From contig NZ_CP025989.1 in assembly GCF_003072485.1 (NCBI RefSeq), positions 330,001 through 362,000 on the forward strand: a DNA stretch of 32,000 nucleotides, written 5' to 3'. The translations under genes and the position numbers were made by a program. Of this stretch, positions 26,986 to 32,000 are shown piece after piece (the first letter of the stretch is position 1; every line of letters begins with the position of its first letter). A model generated the notes under the pieces. It was not told the origin of the DNA and made no database searches. It saw only the letters and a list, made by a program, of their open reading frames with translations. This stretch comes from Candidatus Fokinia solitaria. GTDB taxonomy: Bacteria; Pseudomonadota; Alphaproteobacteria; Rickettsiales; Midichloriaceae.

Positions 26986-27270
26986 GATCTGTGTAGAAAT
27001 TTTGAGAAAGCAATTATATCTATCTCATTTTTGTTATGTATGTGAGAGTTGAGTAATCTAGATCTTTAGTAGTAGAAAAGAATCATATACAAGTACTGAT
27101 GTCATTACCGACTACACTATTGTCAATTACTCATCGTTTATGGAAGAATATAAGTGCTTTCATGAAGATAAGATAAGTTTATACCAATCCGTTGTTAAGC
27201 ATCAAAGTATCAGAAAGCACCTAATCAAATATACGTTAAGTAAAATACGATATTAAAAGAATATTTTCCA

Positions 27271-30200
27271 TTAAACCTTATGTATGACAATTTGTATGTT
27301 TATAACATCTACTCTTCCATCAAGAGATGATATATCAATTTCAAATTTGTTACTTGTAACATCACTCATTATCGAAGAAACTTCAGCTTCGGTAGCGAGA
27401 GTTGTAGTAAGTATATATGTTTTAAAACGAGCCACTATATCACTGATTTGTTGGACATTCTCTCGCAGTAGTACATTAATTCTTATTTTCTGTGTGATTT
27501 CAAGATTTTCCTCTTTTCTAGATTGTTGTATAAAGCGGACTAAATCTCTCGCAATGCCTTCGTCAATTAATTCTTGAGAGAGCGATGTATCTAATATCAC
27601 TACGCCATCGGATAGCACTTTTGCTACATTTTTATATTTTTCTTTAATTTCTAATGCTTTTTGAAATTCGCCTTCATTCAATGTCACTCCTCCAACAATT
27701 AAGCTATTTTTAGTATAGCTAAAGTCTTTCTTTTTGAAAGCGGATAATATTTGTTTCACATGTTGAGGTCTTGTTTTTCCGAGTGTTGGTAAATTTAGCT
27801 TAAAAACTAAGTCAGCATATTGAACGATTTCCGTTTTATCAGCGTTAATCCATTCTTTTACGTTAATTTCATCTAGTATAATTTCTCTCATCTCATTGCT
27901 AAATTCAAAATCTGATACTCCAATAAAAGTAACGCATTTCAATGGTTGTCTGATCCTAATTTTTTGTTCATTTCTTATAGCCAGTGCGTTATTACACGCT
28001 AATCTTACCCTTTCCATATTACTTATTAACGATTCTGATATCTCGAACTGCGATAATTCAGGATACTCTTCTAGATGTACGCTTTTTTGATAATTTCCAT
28101 CAATTTCTGATAGTCCTAGATAAATTGCTTCCGACAAAGTAGGTGCGAGAGGTGCGAGTATTTTACAAAGAGTAAATAAGACAGTATACAACGTGTTAAA
28201 TGCCTCTTCTTTCTGTGCATTGTATCCGCTTTGCCAAAATATATGCCTAGATCTTCTAACGTACCAGTTATTCAATACTTCTAAAAAAGATGCTACTTCC
28301 TGTATGCATATGGCGGTATCGTAATTTTCCATAGCATTTTTTATTATTATCCATGTTTTTAGCAATTTTTGCAGTATATAGCGATTCAGAAGCGAGTGAG
28401 CAGTATCGATATTGCGAGGTGTTACTTGATCAATCTTTAGGTAGAGCATTAGGAAATTGTACGTACTCCATAGTGGCTTTACTACACCTTTGATTATGTT
28501 AATTGCACCTGTTACATCAGAATCTATAACGATATCTTCACCTTTTATTGCTTGTGAAGATAACATAAAGAGCCTTACCGCATCGGAACCTAATTTTTCT
28601 AGAGTTTTAAGAGGATCAGGGAAATTTTGCAGTCTTTTAGATAATTTCTTTCCGTCTGTACCTAGTACTACGCCGTGCGCTATGCAGTTCTTAAAAGGAA
28701 CTGTATTAAACAATGCTGTTGCTAAGACAAGCATTGTATAAAACCATCCTCGAGTTTGTGCTGCATACTCGACTACGAATTCTGCGGTAAAGTGAGACGC
28801 TGTATCGGTAAAAGGATGGCCGTATTGAGCAAATGGCATTGCGCCACTTTCAAACCAACAGTCAAAGACTTCTTTAACTCTTACAAGTCGTGATTTTCCC
28901 GTAGGATCTGATGGATTAATTTTTGTAAGACTGTCAATGAATGGTCTATGTAAGTTCGTTACTTTTATTCCAAAACTTTTTTCAATCTCTTCAATTGAGC
29001 CATATACTTCGACATGAGGATATCGAGGATCATCACTTTCCCATACTGGTATAGGGCAGCCCCAGTAACGAGTTCTTGAAATTGACCAATCTCGAGCATT
29101 TTCAAGCCATTTACCAAAAAGACCATTTTGTATATGAGAAGGATGCCACTTGATATGCTGATTTAATTTTAGCATTTTCTCTTTAATTTGAGTAACGGCA
29201 AGGTACCATGACGGTACAGCGCGGTATATCAATGGAGTATCTGTACGCCAGCAGTGAGGATAGCTGTGAAAATATTGTTCTGTTTTTAACCACGCATTTT
29301 TAATCTTTAACGCTTTTATAATATCGATCTCGGTATCAAATACTTGACGTCCTACGTAATCTGTTACTGGAAACGTAAATTTGCAACCATCATCTATCGG
29401 ACATACAGGATTTACATTATATAATTTCGCAAGATTATGATCGTCTTCGCCGAATCCAGGTGCTATATGAACTATGCCTGTGCCATTCTCAATTGTAACG
29501 AAATCGCCATGTACAACTTTGAAAGCATTTTGTTCATTAGTAAAATACTGAAATAGAGGCTTATACTGAATGCCAATCAAATCTTTTCCTAGTACCGTGC
29601 ATATTATGTCATTTCCTACTTCTTCCGCGTATTTTGGCAATAATACTTCTGATATAATGAAGATCGTGCTTTCATGTTCAACTATTGCGTATACGATATC
29701 TTGATTAACAGCTAGAAGAAGATTCGATGTAAGAGTCCATGGAGTAGTTGTCCAAGCGAGTAATGCTATTCTTTTATTTTTCCCTACTAAGGAAAATAAG
29801 TAATCAGATTCTACTACTTCAAAAAGTACCGTGACAGCTTTACTTTCTTTTTCCCTATATGAATTATCCAAACGCGTTTCGAAGTCGGAAATAGGAGTTT
29901 CGCACTTCCAAGAGTATGGCATTATTCTCGATGCTTTATATATAAGATCATCAGCATAAAGCTTCTTGAAGCACCAAATAACACTTTGCATATAGCTTAT
30001 ATCCATAGTCTTGTACTCTTCATTACTTCTTAGCCATCGTGCAGATTTAGAAAAGTATTGAAGCCATTCATCGGTGTATTTCAAAACGCTTTTACTACAA
30101 TGATCGTTGAATTTTTGTATACCGAGATCTTCTATTTGAGCTTTTCCTATGATATTTAACTCTTTTTCCGCTTCAAGTTCTGCTGGTAAGCCATGGCAAT

Positions 30201-30510
30201 CCCAACCGAGCTTAAATATGACTTTTTTACCTAGCATTGTATGATATCGTACGAAGCAATCTTTAATATACGATGTTAGTATGTGTCCCCAGTGAGGCAT
30301 GCCATTCGCAAATGGAGGACCATCATGAAAAGCAATTTCATCACCGTCTTTATTTAGCACAAGAGAACTTATCTGATTTTCTTGCCAGTATTTTTGGATT
30401 TGTTTTTCAATTTCGGAAAAATTACTGTGTAACGATAAATCCGAAAATGCCGTAACGGTATCTAAGTGAACGATATCGATATTATTGTTTTTAGAAGTGG
30501 ATTTTCTCAT
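27271..30510 (-). CDS. ileS: isoleucine--tRNA ligase (type 2, eukaryote-like form)
   Basis: 1079 aa. It has the HIGH-type motif PFANGMPHWGHILT, the KMSKS-type motif KLSKRLQNFPDP, and a class-Ia editing-domain-sized insertion. Confidence 0.93.
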   Translation of the reverse strand: MRKSTSKNNNIDIVHLDTVTAFSDLSLHSNFSEIEKQIQKYWQENQISSLVLNKDGDEIAFHDGPPFANGMPHWGHILTSYIKDCFVRYHTMLGKKVIFKLGWDCHGLPAELEAEKELNIIGKAQIEDLGIQKFNDHCSKSVLKYTDEWLQYFSKSARWLRSNEEYKTMDISYMQSVIWCFKKLYADDLIYKASRIMPYSWKCETPISDFETRLDNSYREKESKAVTVLFEVVESDYLFSLVGKNKRIALLAWTTTPWTLTSNLLLAVNQDIVYAIVEHESTIFIISEVLLPKYAEEVGNDIICTVLGKDLIGIQYKPLFQYFTNEQNAFKVVHGDFVTIENGTGIVHIAPGFGEDDHNLAKLYNVNPVCPIDDGCKFTFPVTDYVGRQVFDTEIDIIKALKIKNAWLKTEQYFHSYPHCWRTDTPLIYRAVPSWYLAVTQIKEKMLKLNQHIKWHPSHIQNGLFGKWLENARDWSISRTRYWGCPIPVWESDDPRYPHVEVYGSIEEIEKSFGIKVTNLHRPFIDSLTKINPSDPTGKSRLVRVKEVFDCWFESGAMPFAQYGHPFTDTASHFTAEFVVEYAAQTRGWFYTMLVLATALFNTVPFKNCIAHGVVLGTDGKKLSKRLQNFPDPLKTLEKLGSDAVRLFMLSSQAIKGEDIVIDSDVTGAINIIKGVVKPLWSTYNFLMLYLKIDQVTPRNIDTAHSLLNRYILQKLLKTWIIIKNAMENYDTAICIQEVASFLEVLNNWYVRRSRHIFWQSGYNAQKEEAFNTLYTVLFTLCKILAPLAPTLSEAIYLGLSEIDGNYQKSVHLEEYPELSQFEISESLISNMERVRLACNNALAIRNEQKIRIRQPLKCVTFIGVSDFEFSNEMREIILDEINVKEWINADKTEIVQYADLVFKLNLPTLGKTRPQHVKQILSAFKKKDFSYTKNSLIVGGVTLNEGEFQKALEIKEKYKNVAKVLSDGVVILDTSLSQELIDEGIARDLVRFIQQSRKEENLEITQKIRINVLLRENVQQISDIVARFKTYILTTTLATEAEVSSIMSDVTSNKFEIDISSLDGRVDVINIQIVIHKV

Positions 30511-30694
30511 CTATATTTTAAGACGCATTCTATAGCGAACGACATTGTACTGTATAGACTGAAAATCATCAATAAAAGTGTGTTTTAAGCAGTATCATAT
30601 GCGTTATATGATTTGCTGAGAAGTTTTAAATAAGCTACGTATCGCTTGCTGTTTCAAACCAGCAAGTGATACATATTGCGCGTGTTCGTAAGAA

Positions 30695-31318
30695 TTATTC
30701 TCCGTGACACTGTTTACTGTTAAATTTGCAGTAGTATTGTTGTAATTTCTCCAATTCTTCTTTCCATTTTTTTAAGACATGTTCTGCACTTTCAGAATGT
30801 AAACCTGCAATTGTAGTAGCATTTGTATGAGCATTCTGTAGCATTTCTTGCACGATATTCACAAAATGATGATATGGCGCTGTAGCACAGTGTTCTTGAG
30901 CGCCGTTTGTTCCGCATTTATTCACGAAATTTTTAATATGTTCGCACATTGCTGACATTGCTTCATGATATTTTTTAGCAGTCTTCAATATGTGATGTGG
31001 AGTATCATGTTTTTCCATGGATTGAGCGAAATCGCTGTTTCCTTCGATTTTTTTGTAGAGATCATGAGCCGCATGAGGATGGTTATGCATGAAATGAGCC
31101 GCATGAGCCGCCAAGTGAGGATGTTGGTACATGAAATGTGCTGAGGTTCGGGAGAAGATTGAAAGAAGGCCTTGAGGCGCGAGGGTGATCCGAGATGGGG
31201 GAAGGAGTCGGGGAGAGGGGTGGTTGGGAGAGGAGGGGTTAATGGTGGGGCTAGGAACGGGGTTTGGTTGTTTGGGAAGAAATGGGAAGTGGAAGAGCGC
31301 TATGATTGTTTGAGGCAA
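30695..31318 (-). CDS. His/Cys-rich protein, C-terminal part of a probably disrupted histidine-rich repeat gene
   Basis: 207-aa ORF. Its N-terminal ~60 codons lie in the C-rich strand of the G-rich tract and are Pro/Ser-rich. One repeat remnant follows (SAHFMYQHPHLAAHAAHFMHNHPHAAH), then a unique ~125-aa His/Cys-containing domain. I recognise no family. Confidence 0.4.
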   Translation of the reverse strand: MPQTIIALFHFPFLPKQPNPVPSPTINPSSPNHPSPRLLPPSRITLAPQGLLSIFSRTSAHFMYQHPHLAAHAAHFMHNHPHAAHDLYKKIEGNSDFAQSMEKHDTPHHILKTAKKYHEAMSAMCEHIKNFVNKCGTNGAQEHCATAPYHHFVNIVQEMLQNAHTNATTIAGLHSESAEHVLKKWKEELEKLQQYYCKFNSKQCHGE

Positions 31319-31722
31319 TGAGCCGCATCAGATGGTTATGGATAAATGAGCGCATGACCGCCAAGTTATGATGTTGGTACATGAATTTCGCTAAATGCGT
31401 ATGACTGTGGCGAAGTGAGCCGCATGAGGATGGTTATGCATGAAGAGCGCATGAGCCGCCAAGTGAGGATGTTGTACATGAAGTTCGCCAAGTGCGGATG
31501 ACTGTGGAGGAAATGAGCTAAATGAGGATGGTTATGCATGAAATGAGCTGCATGAGCCGCCAAGTGAGGATGTTGGTACATGAAGTGCGCCAAGTGCGGA
31601 TGACTGTGGAGGAAATGAGCTAAATGAGGGTGATTATGCATGAAATGAGCTGCATGAGCCGCCAAGTGAGGATGTTGGTACATGAAGTGTGCTAAATGCG
31701 GATGACTGTGGAGGAAATGATG
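31061..31722. repeat. 102-nt (34-codon) tandem repeat array of the His-rich gene, interrupted by the G-rich tract
   Basis: The landmark gccgccaagtgagg recurs at 31107, 31455, 31556 and 31658, with a degenerate gaccgccaagttatg at 31356. The spacings from the right are 102, 101, 99 and then 249 across the insert. Confidence 0.9.
31143..31316 (+). other. G-run-rich, C-poor tract replacing part of one repeat unit
   Basis: Runs of 3-5 G lie at 31197-31201, 31210-13, 31217-20, 31226-28, 31235-38, 31247-50, 31259-62, 31274-76 and 31284-86. The flanks on both sides resume the His-repeat sequence. Confidence 0.85.
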
Positions 31723-31755
31723 ATGTGCTTCCATATCGTTATGTAAATATGACAT
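31366..31755 (-). CDS. histidine-rich tandem-repeat protein, N-terminal part; the frame is lost after a 1-nt deletion
   Basis: 129-aa ORF: MSYLHNDMEAHH + 2.4 copies of HFLHSHPHLAHFMYQHPHLAAHAAHFMHNHPHLA. The reading then shifts to unrelated sequence (NILTWRLMRSS...) at the point where the DNA repeat is 101 nt instead of 102. Confidence 0.4.
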   Translation of the reverse strand: MSYLHNDMEAHHHFLHSHPHLAHFMYQHPHLAAHAAHFMHNHPHLAHFLHSHPHLAHFMYQHPHLAAHAAHFMHNHPHLAHFLHSHPHLANFMYNILTWRLMRSSCITILMRLTSPQSYAFSEIHVPTS

Positions 31756-32000
31756 ATTAATGATATTGATTTGATTAATAATATACTACTATCTTAATAT
31801 CATTTTTATATAAGAACAAGGTATAATAGTAAATTATTTATTTTCTTTTATAATTTAAGGGAGAAATTTTATTCTTATAAATGTATTGAATATTGAAGAA
31901 TAGTGAATTTTCTCATATACGAGAGCAGTACTTCCATCAAAGTGAAAATGCAAAAGAAAAAAAATATACTTTTCTGTGTGATGCTATAGAGCATTAATTA

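Noticed and set aside
30645-30666. Hairpin cttgctg-tttcaaac-cagcaag downstream of the His-rich gene as an intrinsic terminator
   Set aside because: The 7-bp stem is real, but no U-tract follows it on either strand. I did not annotate it as a terminator.

Overview
AT-rich, gene-dense bacterial window. The housekeeping genes look like a reduced, obligately intracellular alphaproteobacterium (Rickettsiales-like). That assignment is inferred from protein motifs and gene content, not from a search. Three parts stand out. (1) 2.1-7.7 kb holds a complete, overlap-coupled biotin cluster: bioB, then bioF-bioH-bioC-bioD-bioA on the opposite strand, with bioH inside the operon. This matches the arrangement reported for the laterally transferred biotin operon of obligate intracellular microbes. 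(2) 7.7-16.0 kb is an accessory island between bioF and erpA. It holds five intact non-housekeeping genes: a TIGR04141/DUF6119-like protein; a DUF4917-like protein with SIR2-type motifs; a KTSC-domain small protein; a 774-aa coiled-coil ABC/AAA_13-like ATPase with a degenerate P-loop and an in-frame repeat insertion; and a convergent 182-aa protein. These are followed by tRNA-Ser(GCU), a noncoding 87/88-nt tandem array and decayed gene fragments. I think the DUF4917-KTSC-ATPase trio is the best candidate for an uncharacterised defence or conflict system. (3) 30.7-31.8 kb holds a histidine-rich 34-codon tandem-repeat gene. It is broken by a 1-nt deletion and carries a ~174-nt G-run-rich tract that is a strong compositional outlier. 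The rest is housekeeping: prs, erpA, a PpiD-like gene, a GltP-like transporter, dnaB, parA, an ABC ATPase, rpmH, a BamB-like lipoprotein, a DsbB-like gene, recO, secE, nusG and ileS. Several normally conserved gene neighbourhoods among these are broken. All family assignments come from reading motifs by eye. No database search was run.
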